From a virus (lineage: Duplodnaviria > Caudoviricetes): DNA of 64,000 bases. Shown piece by piece: positions 25,761-36,195 of this stretch. Within the stretch, counting starts at the first letter, position 1; every line of letters starts with the position of its first letter. The notes beneath the pieces were generated by a model. It made no database searches, was not told the origin of the DNA, and worked only from the letters and a program-made list of their open reading frames with translations. The DNA lies in the IMG/VR virus record IMGVR_UViG_3300026522_000002, positions 36,575-100,574 of that record; one strand, 5' to 3'. A program made the translations under genes and the position numbers.

Positions 25761-26189
25761 ATGAAAACAAACAATATTAACATTCCAACATGGTTACTGA
25801 GATTTAGCAGTACGCCGTTGATCGTATATACAACTTTTAAAGAATTTGGTTTCTTTAAAGGATTGAAAATACTGTATAATTATACTCACGTATATTTCTA
25901 TTTCTGGTTTATTAGAAACTGTAAATGGTATAGAAATAAATTACACAAGAGATTGAAAAATCTCTGCGGTGAAGAGGGTGAAATATTGTTTGACATGATG
26001 GTTGATATGCCAAATTGTGATCCGAAAAAGATATTAAACAAGTATCCAAAATTTAGGTAGGAGTTTATTAAAAAATTTGAGGAGAATAAACAATCCATTA
26101 TTGATGATCACATAAAATCTGGCGAATTAAAGACCGAAGAAGAAATTCAAGAATTTAGCGAACAGCTCAAACTTGAGAATTTTATTTGA
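25761..26189 (+). CDS. Hypothetical protein (1 TAG)
   Basis: Extends through TAG 26058 to TGA 26189. Confidence 0.7.
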
Positions 26190-26190
26190 C

Positions 26191-26571
26191 ATGGCAAAGA
26201 TAAAAACAATACCGTGTGATATCTATAGATAGAATATAGATGTCTTCTTGGGTACGCATGAGGAATTTAGAAAATACGTATATAAAAAATACAGGAAAGA
26301 TAAGGAACTTCAAGACATAGTAGATAATGAAGAACCTGGCATAGGTGATTTCTACTATGGACCAGGTGTGTTAATAGTTCGTATAGGAGGATTCCCTACT
26401 ACACCTAAAGAGATAGGTACAGCATCACATGAAGCACTACACGCGGCTATGTGGATACTTAATTGGGCTGGTGTACATTATGAAAACAAAGATGCGGACG
26501 AAGCGTTGACTTACTTACAAGAATGGATTCTTACAAATATATTAGAAAAGAAAGGATATAAGAAGGTATGA
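26191..26571 (+). CDS. HExxH (zincin-like) protein (1 TAG)
   Basis: GTASHEALHAA...DEALTYL. Confidence 0.75.
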
Positions 26572-27140
26572 TACTAGGGAGTCATAATAGTTGGAGTTAT
26601 CTACCTCCAAAGAAATGGTACATGAAGCCATTTAGATTTACAGCACAGTGTCAAGATTGGGACATAAAAACTCAATATGAACACGGAGTGCGCTGCTTTG
26701 ATTTACGATTGTAGTATGATAAAGATACACTACACGTTGTACACGGATCAATGATATACAAAATTACATGTGCAGAATTGCTAAAAGACCTCGAATGGTT
26801 GAATAAACATGGTGATGTATATGTAAGAGTATTACATGACGCTCGTACTAAGAAATTGCACAATGAAAGAGCTGTAAAGAACTTTCAGAATGATTGTGCA
26901 GCATTTGAACAACTTTACCCAAATATTAAATTCTGGTGCGGCAAGAACCTATATAATTGGACAAACGACTATGAATTCAAAAATAACCCTTCTTGCGCGG
27001 AGTATTATAGTTCTGTTGTTCTTCCTAAAATCGATGACCTTTATCCGAGGTGTTATGCGAAAAAGAACAACAAAATGATCTACGAAAAGGGTACTGATAA
27101 AGATATACTATTGTTAGATTTTGTAAACTATGTGGTTTAA
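26568..27140 (+). CDS. PI-PLC X-domain-like phosphodiesterase (190 aa, 1 TAG)
   Basis: GSHNS...CQ...I.TQYEHGVRCFDLR...HG. Confidence 0.8.
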
Positions 27141-27351
27141 AGAAAGTAATAGAGACAAGCACTTCCTTTACGCTATACCGTGCGGATTAATAGGAACAGA
27201 GCTGTTTGTAGCTGGTCTTGCTACAGGAATGGAATTTAAAGATAAATCATACGGCAATAAATGGGATTGGATTGACTGGTTGATGACAATGGCCGGTGGT
27301 CTAATTGGACAAGCTATATAGGCAGGCATTATTTATGCTATAGTAAAATAA
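27130..27351 (+). CDS. Small membrane protein (1 TAG)
   Basis: RDKHF...E.KD...WDWID...GG; hydrophobic. Confidence 0.7.
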
Positions 27352-27404
27352 CGCAACAATAAGCGTACACAAATATTGACACATAATTATATTATTATAA
27401 TAAT

Positions 27405-28568
27405 ATGAAGAAGAAACAAAATATTCCATCTGCGTTTGATGACGTGATGAGTGGTCTTGGTTATGATAACCCAGAAGGGGCTGCAAGTGTAACCAATATG
27501 GACCAACAGGATACGTTTGTAGATGTGGAACCACCTAAGAATGAACCAGGTCCAGCACAGGAACCTGTGGAAGAGAAGAAGGATGATGAACCCGCAAAGA
27601 CGTCAACCAATGACGAAACGGACATCCCTGAAGAAGTGTTGGCCAGAATGAATGGTCAGAAAGTAGATAACGAACCGAACAGCACCGACGACAATGCTGA
27701 CGATGAGCCCACGAATGCTGAAGTAATCGAAGCAGAGCAAGTTGGAGCATTGTTTGACGCCATTGGTGAACAGTTTGGTTGGGATATGAATGAGATCGAG
27801 GAAGATACTCGTCCAGTAACAGTAGAAGGTCTGACAGACTATATTAGGCAAGTAGTGGATCAAAACTCTGTGCCTGAGTATGCCGATGAGCGTATACAAG
27901 CTCTCGATGCATATGTGAAGAATGGAGGACGCTTTGAAGACTTCTATGCTGCTCAACAGCAAGCAGTCAACTATGACAACATCAACCTCGAAGATGAGAA
28001 TAATCAACGAACAGTTATACGTGACCTCCTTAAAGCAAACGGCTATACTGACGAACAGATTAACAATAAGATTGATCGTTATGAGTCAGCCGACATGCTT
28101 GAAGAAGAAGCCGAAGATGCCTTGAGTCGTCTTAAGGTGATTAAACAGCAGGAAACCGAGAGGCTTCAGCAACAGCAGGAAGCTGCGATGAAGCGTCAAC
28201 AAGAAGAAACAAAGGCTTTCTATAACACGATGTATAAAGATATTAGCGGTCTTACAAATATTCGAGGGATAAACATTCCCAAAGAAGATCGCAAACAATT
28301 GTTTGACTATATCTTTAAACAGGATGCTGATGGTCTTACACAATATCAAAAAGACTTCAATAAGAATTTGACAAAGAATTTGATTGAATCAGCATACTTC
28401 ACAATGAAAGCAGATTCCTTTATCACTGAAGCTAAGAAAACAGGGGAAACGACAGCTGCTCAAAAACTTAGACAAATGTTGAGGCATAAGAGCAAGAATC
28501 ATTCTGCGTTCAATGCCGATGAAGATAAACAGAGGTCAGCTTTGGAAATAGCGTCAATGTTCCAATAA
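27405..28568 (+). CDS. Putative capsid scaffolding / assembly protein
   Basis: Acidic N-terminus and coiled coil; immediately upstream of the MCP. Confidence 0.75.
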   Translation: MKKKQNIPSAFDDVMSGLGYDNPEGAASVTNMDQQDTFVDVEPPKNEPGPAQEPVEEKKDDEPAKTSTNDETDIPEEVLARMNGQKVDNEPNSTDDNADDEPTNAEVIEAEQVGALFDAIGEQFGWDMNEIEEDTRPVTVEGLTDYIRQVVDQNSVPEYADERIQALDAYVKNGGRFEDFYAAQQQAVNYDNINLEDENNQRTVIRDLLKANGYTDEQINNKIDRYESADMLEEEAEDALSRLKVIKQQETERLQQQQEAAMKRQQEETKAFYNTMYKDISGLTNIRGINIPKEDRKQLFDYIFKQDADGLTQYQKDFNKNLTKNLIESAYFTMKADSFITEAKKTGETTAAQKLRQMLRHKSKNHSAFNADEDKQRSALEIASMFQ

Positions 28569-28597
28569 TGACAGCATATTTAATCAATATATAATTT

Positions 28598-30121
28598 ATG
28601 GTAAACAATTTACTTAACAACCTTCAGCTTTATCGCGGTCGTCGTTTTAGCGACTTGGTTGATGAGAACATGATTTCTAATGCCCTGCTCACTAAGCCAC
28701 ATGAAGTAGCAGGTCTTCTTTCACTTGTTTTTGGTACTAAGGATGACGGTGTTTCTACAGCTATCGACTTGATTACAGGTGGTCTTGGTAAGACTATGAT
28801 CATCGAAAATCGTGAATACGAGTGGTCTGTGATGATTGATTCTGAACATGCAGTTAACATTCGCTATGCTAAGTGGAATGGTCAGGAGATCAATTCTTCT
28901 AACTACCAGACTGTTACTCCAGGTCTCAACGGTACTCCAATCTATCTTGGTTTGGAAGAAAGATGGTTCGGTCCAGGTGCAGTGCTCTCTTTCGATAATG
29001 TAAACTTCCAGGTACGTGTTTCCGGCCTTCCTTATCAGGATGGTTCTACTTGGGTATATGAGTGCTATGTTGCAGAGGGTTTCGCCGGTTCTTATATTCC
29101 AGGTGATTACCTCCTCCCAGGTCGTCAGGTAAGCCGTATCGGTTCTGCTTATGAAGAGTACAGCGACGAGGCAGATATCATCAACTATCAGACTCCATTT
29201 AAGATGCGTAACAACCTTACGACTCTTCGTCTGACTTACGATATCACCGGTGATGCTTACAGCACAGTTCTCGCTATCGCTTTGACTGATCCTGAAACTG
29301 GCAAGAAGTCTTACCTCTGGTCTGACTACCAGTATTGGATTGCTCTTCGTGAATGGAAGCGTCGTGAAGAGAAGTTCCTCTTGTTCTCTCACTCTAACCG
29401 TAACGCTGACGGTACTTATGCACTTAAAGGCACGAACGGACGTCCTGTTGCTATTTCTGCAGGTCTGTTCGAGCAGATTAGCCCTGCAAACGTACGTTAC
29501 TACACTAAGCTTACTGCAGAACTCTTCGAGGATTACCTCTTCGATCTTTGCTACAATCTCCTTGGTACTAATGAGCGTAAGTTCATTGCACTGACTGGTG
29601 AAATGGGCATTCGTGAATTTGACCGTATCTTGAAGGAGAAGGCAGCTAGCTTCAACCTTATCGATACTAAGTTTATCACTGGTTCTGGTCAGGAGTTGAC
29701 TCTCGGTGGTCAGTTCACTACTTATAAGATGACCAACGGTATCGAGCTGACAGTTAAGCGTTGCGCTCTCTTTGACAACATGGAGCTCTTCCGTCAGCTT
29801 CACCCACTGACAGGTAAACCACTGATGTCTTATACATTCCTCTTCGTTGATCTTGGCCAGCGTGATGGTCAGGCTAACGTAGTTAAGGTATGTCGTAAGG
29901 GTCGTGAATTTGTACAGTGGTTCACTGGTGGTTCTGTAGCACCTAACGGCTACGCTAACAGCATTAACACGCTACGTTCTAACAGCCGCGATGGTTACCA
30001 AGTTCACTTCCTTGGTGAAATGGGTATCATGCTGCGTAATCCACTGTCTTGCGGTATTCTGTACTGTGATGCAGAGGATGCTGAGATCCAGAACGACCTT
30101 AGCGGTATGACTGGCGCGTAA
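28598..30121 (+). CDS. Major capsid protein
   Basis: 507 aa with strong high-expression codon bias; crAss-type motifs (YEEYS, FKMRN, GLFEQI, TGEMG.REF, SRDGYQVHFLGEMG). Confidence 0.92.
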   Translation: MVNNLLNNLQLYRGRRFSDLVDENMISNALLTKPHEVAGLLSLVFGTKDDGVSTAIDLITGGLGKTMIIENREYEWSVMIDSEHAVNIRYAKWNGQEINSSNYQTVTPGLNGTPIYLGLEERWFGPGAVLSFDNVNFQVRVSGLPYQDGSTWVYECYVAEGFAGSYIPGDYLLPGRQVSRIGSAYEEYSDEADIINYQTPFKMRNNLTTLRLTYDITGDAYSTVLAIALTDPETGKKSYLWSDYQYWIALREWKRREEKFLLFSHSNRNADGTYALKGTNGRPVAISAGLFEQISPANVRYYTKLTAELFEDYLFDLCYNLLGTNERKFIALTGEMGIREFDRILKEKAASFNLIDTKFITGSGQELTLGGQFTTYKMTNGIELTVKRCALFDNMELFRQLHPLTGKPLMSYTFLFVDLGQRDGQANVVKVCRKGREFVQWFTGGSVAPNGYANSINTLRSNSRDGYQVHFLGEMGIMLRNPLSCGILYCDAEDAEIQNDLSGMTGA

Positions 30122-30149
30122 TCTGATATAAAAATATAACAATGACCGA

Positions 30150-30176
30150 GCATGGGTTCCTTCAAGGAACCTGTGC
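30150..30176 (+). terminator. Stable hairpin after MCP
   Basis: GCATGGGTTCC/GGAACCTGTGC; no clear U tract. Confidence 0.45.
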
Positions 30177-30208
30177 GTCCGGCATTGCAACATACTAATT
30201 AAACAATT

Positions 30209-30961
30209 ATGGTAGTTGAATTAAAAATTAAGAAGAAGAATCCCTGGGCAGGGTTGATCAAATATAAGTCTTGTTTTGACTATATTTCTCCTTACTTTAC
30301 CCGATCCGGGTCGATCTATACGGGGCTTACCCCAGATGATGAAAAATATTATGAGAAAGCTCTTGGTTATCCAGAGGGACATTTGGCAAAGTCTAGTGAT
30401 TTCTGGAACACCTTCTGTGTAAAAGTTGGATCTAGAACAGTTCTATTGGACGATTCTATTCCACGACAGGCTATGATCATCAAGTTCCTTAGCGGTCACA
30501 AGCGTGTTGCTACATCGCTTGACAAGATGGATGCAGGTAAAGATTATCTGCTGATCAACCGTGAAGCAGAAGCGATAGAAGCAAATAAGATTAACAAGCT
30601 TCGTAGAGACGCCATCAAAGAGTTTGATAAACTTACTCTTGAGCAGATGCGTAAATGTTTGCGTATCTTGGGTGTCAAGGCTGATACAATGTCAAACGAA
30701 CTTGTAGAATCTACATTGTTCAATATGGTAGACAAGAATCCTAAGCAGTTTTTCCTTAAGTGGGTTGATAACAAATCCAAGGAAACAGAGTTCTTGCTCG
30801 AATCCGCTATCGCAAAAGGTGTTATCCGTAAGGATCGCACTCAGTACTACTATGGTACAGAGATGTTTGCAGATTCTCTTGACGAAGCTATTGCTTATCT
30901 GGACTCAAAGAAAAACCAAGACTTGAAGCTTTCTATTATTAATCAAGTAGAAAACAAGTAA
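30209..30961 (+). CDS. Conserved crAss-like protein downstream of MCP
   Basis: 250 aa, in the conserved position after the MCP. Confidence 0.8.
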   Translation: MVVELKIKKKNPWAGLIKYKSCFDYISPYFTRSGSIYTGLTPDDEKYYEKALGYPEGHLAKSSDFWNTFCVKVGSRTVLLDDSIPRQAMIIKFLSGHKRVATSLDKMDAGKDYLLINREAEAIEANKINKLRRDAIKEFDKLTLEQMRKCLRILGVKADTMSNELVESTLFNMVDKNPKQFFLKWVDNKSKETEFLLESAIAKGVIRKDRTQYYYGTEMFADSLDEAIAYLDSKKNQDLKLSIINQVENK

Positions 30962-30980
30962 TTATATCATATAACGACAT

Positions 30981-31859
30981 ATGACGCATAAAGATATTTA
31001 TACTAAGTTTATGATCGAATATGACAAAGCTGGTGCTTCAACGTCATATCCGTCGTTAACAGAATACGAAGTTGCTACTGTTCTTGACAAAGCGTACAAT
31101 GCATTAATTGCACAGAAGGTTACAGGTAATAATGTTCGTAGATCTACTGTTGAATCAGATATCAAGTCTATTGCAGATCTTGGGCCATTGACAAAAACGG
31201 TCGATATTAGGTATGACGAAGATTATTATTTGAATAGATCTTTCGGAGATGCTCCAGAAGATATGTTGTATTTTTTACAAGCCTCTATGTGGTATTCAGA
31301 TGGTTCCAAATGGACACCATTTGATAACGGAAAAACCGATGAAGGAGAAGATGAAACAAATCCGGATAGAATGAAATATAACCCTGCGGATAATCATACA
31401 AAAAGACTTCTGCCAATAAAATTAGTAAATCATGAGATTGCTTAGAAGTTTTTTGTTTCTGCATACAATCTACCTTGGATTAAACAACCGATTTGTTATC
31501 TAGAAGATAGAAAAATCTATATCGTATACGATCCGTTAAATGTTCCAGAAGATAGCGGAAATGATTTGTAGGTTACTTATATTAAGAGACCTATGCCTTT
31601 TGTAAAAGATCTTCCAGAAACTCTTCCAGAAGGAGTATAGTATGCATCGTATTTTGATTATAAAGGTACCGGTACTACTCCTTGGAACGGTGGTGATAAG
31701 GTAGAAACTGGAAATCCTACTTATGCGAAACGATATGAGTTTGAATGTAACAGCACTGTTGCAGAAGAACTGATTAGCCTTGCTGTAGCATTTGCATTAG
31801 AGAACGTAGAATCATCGAGACTTAATTCTAAACTTAACATGAGAGGACTTGAAGCATGA
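30981..31859 (+). CDS. Putative tail ring protein (292 aa, 3 TAG)
   Basis: F..EYDK...E....LDKA...TYIKRP...EELISLAV pattern shared with the next two genes. Confidence 0.7.
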
Positions 31860-32695
31860 CATTAGCCGATACTAGAAGATTAGGTATTGAATTCGAGCGT
31901 CGAGTTCAGACCATGATTCCGGATACAGAATTTCTGGATAAGTTAGACACAGAGACGATTTACTCTTTCTTAAATCAATATCAGGATAAGTATATCCACG
32001 AGATATACAGAAATCTTGACCAAATTTAGTCAGGTTCACATTTGTCCGCACATGTCGAGTCTGTTTTGCAGTCATTAATGGGAGAAAAAGAATTACTGAT
32101 AAGCAACGAGAACGATGTTGTAGAAGATACTACTACTACAATGACAATTGGAGAAGGAACTATAGGAGCAACTGGTCGTTCCGTTTCGTATAGACTTCCT
32201 GGTGATTTTTATATGTATATCAGAAGTGTTTCTAACGTAAGTAAAACTTTTGCATTTAAATAGAATGTAAACACCGGACAGGAAAGCAGTTAGCTGCCAA
32301 TTAGAGTAATTCCAAATCAACTTACATCTCAGTCTGATGTATGGAAATTAATAGAGACTCCACACGATACTTTACGTATATTGAGATATCCTGCAGCAAC
32401 ACTTGGTAACATCGATGATAAGAAAGTTCTTACGGTTATATATGACCAATATACAACTCCGGTTGGCATCAAATTGTCGTATTATAAGCAACCGGCACAC
32501 TTTAATCTTATGACTTCTACAAAATGTGAGTTGCCGCTTGATGCTTTTGAAGAGCTTGTATCTGGTGCAGTAGATCTTTATGTACAATATGTTGCAGGAG
32601 CTGAAGCTCGTAAGAGACAGCTTGATGAGGCTCGCAGATAGGCGGCTAAGGAACAAGAGGCCAACAACGCAAGACGTGGTAGAAATAACGAATAA
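31856..32695 (+). CDS. Putative tail ring protein (279 aa, 4 TAG)
   Basis: FLNQYQ...LPGDFYMY...YYKQP...CELP...EELVSGAV. Confidence 0.7.
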
Positions 32696-32697
32696 TT

Positions 32698-33387
32698 ATG
32701 AGGTGCATAGATTTAATAGCAGCATTCGAACTTGAAATAAACAAGCTTGACAATGCGTTAGAAAAGCCTGTTACAGACGACAGTATCTATTGGATCAACC
32801 AGGCGATGATGAAGTTTGTCAAAGAACGTTTCAATGGCAATGCTCCTCATTATACTTCGTACGAACAAACAGAAAAGCGTACTAAGGATCTTATAAATCT
32901 GTTAAGGGAGTCTATAATGACGACCCCAGAACCAGATACCACACATCCTTCTTATGATAGTTACGAATATAATTATCCAGCAGATATGCTATATGTTCTC
33001 AATGAAGACATAATTATATCTGACAACGAAGGTAATAATCCGTTAGATGTGTGCGTGTTTGAATGTACAGCTGATAGCTTCATGTATAGGGTGATGAATA
33101 AGCTTACAGACTTTCATTACAGGTTTAAGAGAGCCAGACCATTACGCGTAAAAACAAAAGATGGATTTCGTCTGTTAACGGACAAAAATTACACAATAAA
33201 CAAATATACTTTAGGCTACCTTAAAGTGCCTGAAGAAATAACGAATACGGATCCTTATACCGAATATAAGGACTTCGATGACCATATTTGGTCGGAGATT
33301 ATAAAAATAGCAGCACAGATGTATGTTGAAAACCAATCTGATCCGCGATATAAGACTCTGACCAATGAGGTATTAACTCAAGAATAA
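32698..33387 (+). CDS. Putative tail ring protein
   Basis: WINQA...EQTEKR..DL...YPADMLY...GYLKVP...EIIKIA. Confidence 0.7.
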   Translation: MRCIDLIAAFELEINKLDNALEKPVTDDSIYWINQAMMKFVKERFNGNAPHYTSYEQTEKRTKDLINLLRESIMTTPEPDTTHPSYDSYEYNYPADMLYVLNEDIIISDNEGNNPLDVCVFECTADSFMYRVMNKLTDFHYRFKRARPLRVKTKDGFRLLTDKNYTINKYTLGYLKVPEEITNTDPYTEYKDFDDHIWSEIIKIAAQMYVENQSDPRYKTLTNEVLTQE

Positions 33388-33462
33388 TTTTAACGTGGAA
33401 ACCCCAGCTCTTTAGGTGGAGACATAGTAGATAGGGGGAGTAGAAAAAATTAATTTAATTAT

Positions 33463-34509
33463 ATGATTACATATGTTAATACGGTGCTCGTTGGTAAAGG
33501 CGTTGGCACCATTGCAACTGATCCTGCTACAGCTTCTGCAGGTCAATATATTTTCATGAACCTTGACGGTTCTATTAACAAGGGTTATCTTTCTGCAGAT
33601 GAACTCGCTCAGGCAAATGAGATCAAAATCGGTCTTGTTACCTCTAATAGCACTAAGTATACAAAACGAGACGGGACTGTTGCTACTACGCCAGTGATCA
33701 AGTGGTCTAACAACATTAAGCGTGCAGACATCAAGGCTCTTACATATTCTACATATCAGGATGATGTGCAAGAAAAGGTTGTTGTAGATTTTACTAAAAT
33801 GACTCAAGACGTTTTGCACACTATCGATGACGGTGGTTTCTGTCTGACTCTTCGCATTACGTATAAGGACCTTCCAACTCGCTATCGTAAGTGGACCGAT
33901 TCTTACAATTACGTAACTGTTGCAGGTGATACCGCTACTGAGATTGCAGCTGGTTTTGCTAAAGATATTGCTAAGAATGCCAAGCGTTCTCGCGTATCGG
34001 CTGTTGCAGAGGCAGGTGTGTTGACTCTTACGGCTCTGCCATATGACGATGATGATTCTGTAGATACCATCAACTGGGCTGGTCAGGTTCGTTTCAACGC
34101 GAACGTGTACTACACTAATCCTAACGGTGTTGGTTTTACTTCTAAGAATAAGTATAGCCTCGACGGTGTAAAGATTACGAAGACTCCTGGTGACATGTAT
34201 ACGGCTTCTGCTAAGCTTGTACGCGACCGTGAGGCTCAGGCTATGGGTTACGAAGGTATCCTGAACCGTGGTGAGGGTACTTGGCCAATCATCAAGCCTG
34301 CAATGCAGACAGACTTGTCTAAGCAATATGATGCAGTTACTCTCGAATTCGAGAACATGTATCGCGCAGCTGATGACATCTTCCGCAAGACTAAGCAGAC
34401 TGTTGAGATTTATGAGGAGACCGGTAAGGCTACTAATATCTACGACGCATTGAAGAACTTTGCAGGTGTTGACAGTGACAATATCGCCCCAATTGAGGTC
34501 GGAGACTAA
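33463..34509 (+). CDS. Abundant structural protein (auxiliary capsid protein-like)
   Basis: 348 aa with MCP-like codon bias, no TAG and its own terminator. Confidence 0.65.
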   Translation: MITYVNTVLVGKGVGTIATDPATASAGQYIFMNLDGSINKGYLSADELAQANEIKIGLVTSNSTKYTKRDGTVATTPVIKWSNNIKRADIKALTYSTYQDDVQEKVVVDFTKMTQDVLHTIDDGGFCLTLRITYKDLPTRYRKWTDSYNYVTVAGDTATEIAAGFAKDIAKNAKRSRVSAVAEAGVLTLTALPYDDDDSVDTINWAGQVRFNANVYYTNPNGVGFTSKNKYSLDGVKITKTPGDMYTASAKLVRDREAQAMGYEGILNRGEGTWPIIKPAMQTDLSKQYDAVTLEFENMYRAADDIFRKTKQTVEIYEETGKATNIYDALKNFAGVDSDNIAPIEVGD

Positions 34510-34520
34510 TTTTAAACCAT

Positions 34521-34568
34521 AATACACTGCGGCGGCCATAAGCGCCGCTGTGGTGTATTTTTATTTTA
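34521..34568 (+). terminator. Rho-independent terminator
   Basis: AATACACTGCGGCGGC...GCCGCTGTGGTGTATT followed by a T tract. Confidence 0.75.
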
Positions 34569-34575
34569 TATAGAT

Positions 34576-35034
34576 ATGGGAATACAAACAAATATCGTAG
34601 CAAAAAACGGTAATCCCCCTATTTCTTATAACATTCTTCAAGGCGAATCTAATGAATACCCTAGAAACATCATCTTCGATGCGAACTGTGTAGAAGATAT
34701 ACGTATCGACGTACAGTCTAAGATAGACAAAGTAGACGCAAAGACAGGTATATCAGATGTTGTTGCTAGCAAGGTTGAATTAGATGACTACGACCGAAGT
34801 AAGTTAAAGAACGGCGACATTATTAAAGTCATGATAGATTTTACACACGATGACGCTACAACTTATTATAGATGGTCGCAAGAAAAAGGAGAATTTGAAT
34901 ATGCTGGTGAGTTTGCCCCATATTACACACAGTCTGAAACAGACGCTCTTCTGTCCGTAATACATGAAAGAATTGACAATTATACGGCAGTAGATGAATC
35001 ACAAGAAACAATCTTATTTAATCAACAGTCATGA
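34576..35034 (+). CDS. Hypothetical structural protein
   Basis: 152-aa ORF in the fibre region. Confidence 0.7.
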   Translation: MGIQTNIVAKNGNPPISYNILQGESNEYPRNIIFDANCVEDIRIDVQSKIDKVDAKTGISDVVASKVELDDYDRSKLKNGDIIKVMIDFTHDDATTYYRWSQEKGEFEYAGEFAPYYTQSETDALLSVIHERIDNYTAVDESQETILFNQQS

Positions 35035-36176
35035 GACAAGAAAATCATATTTTCGACAATTCTAAAAGTAAGATATCGTACGCCAAAGTCGGCTCAGAAA
35101 AATATGAAATTGTCGATAAACAGGGACGTGAGTAGATAGCCATAAATACTAACAACATTGACGATCTTTATGATATTGTTGCAGGCGGTGTGCACTATAG
35201 AGGTAAAACTACGTCTAATATATTTGATGGCGCCGATGTAAACCCAATTATAATTAATGGCGAGCCTTATACAGCATAGGTTGGAGATCTTGTTATAAAA
35301 GATGTCGAAGGTAGAGAATCGTTGGAATTTGTATTCGACGGTACTATTTGGTCTGAATTAGGTTCTACTGGAGTTTTAGGTACACTTGCTTATAAAGATA
35401 ATGCTAGCACGCAGTATAAACCGAAAGGTTCTGTTACAACCACCCTTTCTCAAACAAATACACAAGCAACACTGACTAAAGGTGATTATACGCCAGCGGG
35501 TAAAAATGCAGCCAGTTCGATTACTCTTTCAGGTGGAACAACATCCAAACTCGTCACAACTACTATAAAGGGAGTTGCTGGGACTACAACTTTGCACGAT
35601 ACTCCCACTTTGAATACTACAAATGTTGGTAGTGCTAGTGGTTGGAATGCTGGTTCACTTCCATCTCTCGGTGCCCCAACAACTGGTTCATTTGGAACAT
35701 CGCTTACAGCAGGTACAGCGGTTTCTGTAGATACAGATGGCGTTAAGTGTAGTGTTCCTACATCTGGAGATGATGTGGAAACACTTGTTTTCTCAAGTGC
35801 AAGCAAGACTACTTTGCACGATACCCCGACATTAAACAAAGCCAACGCTGTAACCGCACAAGGTACATTTAGCAAAGGCACTCTACCATCACTCACTATC
35901 ACAAGTACAGCTGTTGGTAATGAACTTGTTGCAGGTACCGCTACGGTTGTTGCTACCGCAAGTGCAAATGCGACAACGGTTGCTACTGGTGCTGTTGCAA
36001 ATACTGGTACTGGTGCTACTGTAGCAACAGCATTGCACACTGGAGGTACTGCTGCTGCACAAACATTTACAGGAACGAAAGCAGAAAACATACTTGTAAC
36101 CGACGTTAAGTACGACAAAACGACAGGCGCCTCGTCTACATTCAATGGAATTCAAGAGACAATAACAGTCTCGTAA
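35031..36176 (+). CDS. Fibre-like protein (381 aa, 2 TAG)
   Basis: Thr/Gly-rich; LGTLAYKD, YTPAG, TFTG, and TTLHDTPTLN twice. Confidence 0.75.
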
Positions 36177-36195
36177 TCACTAAAAACACATTGTC

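Noticed and set aside
28721-29803. 360-aa antisense ORF inside the MCP gene
   Set aside because: Shadow of strong codon bias on the coding strand; no protein-like features.
33412-34539. 375-aa antisense ORF
   Set aside because: Mirrors the highly biased structural gene 33463..34509.
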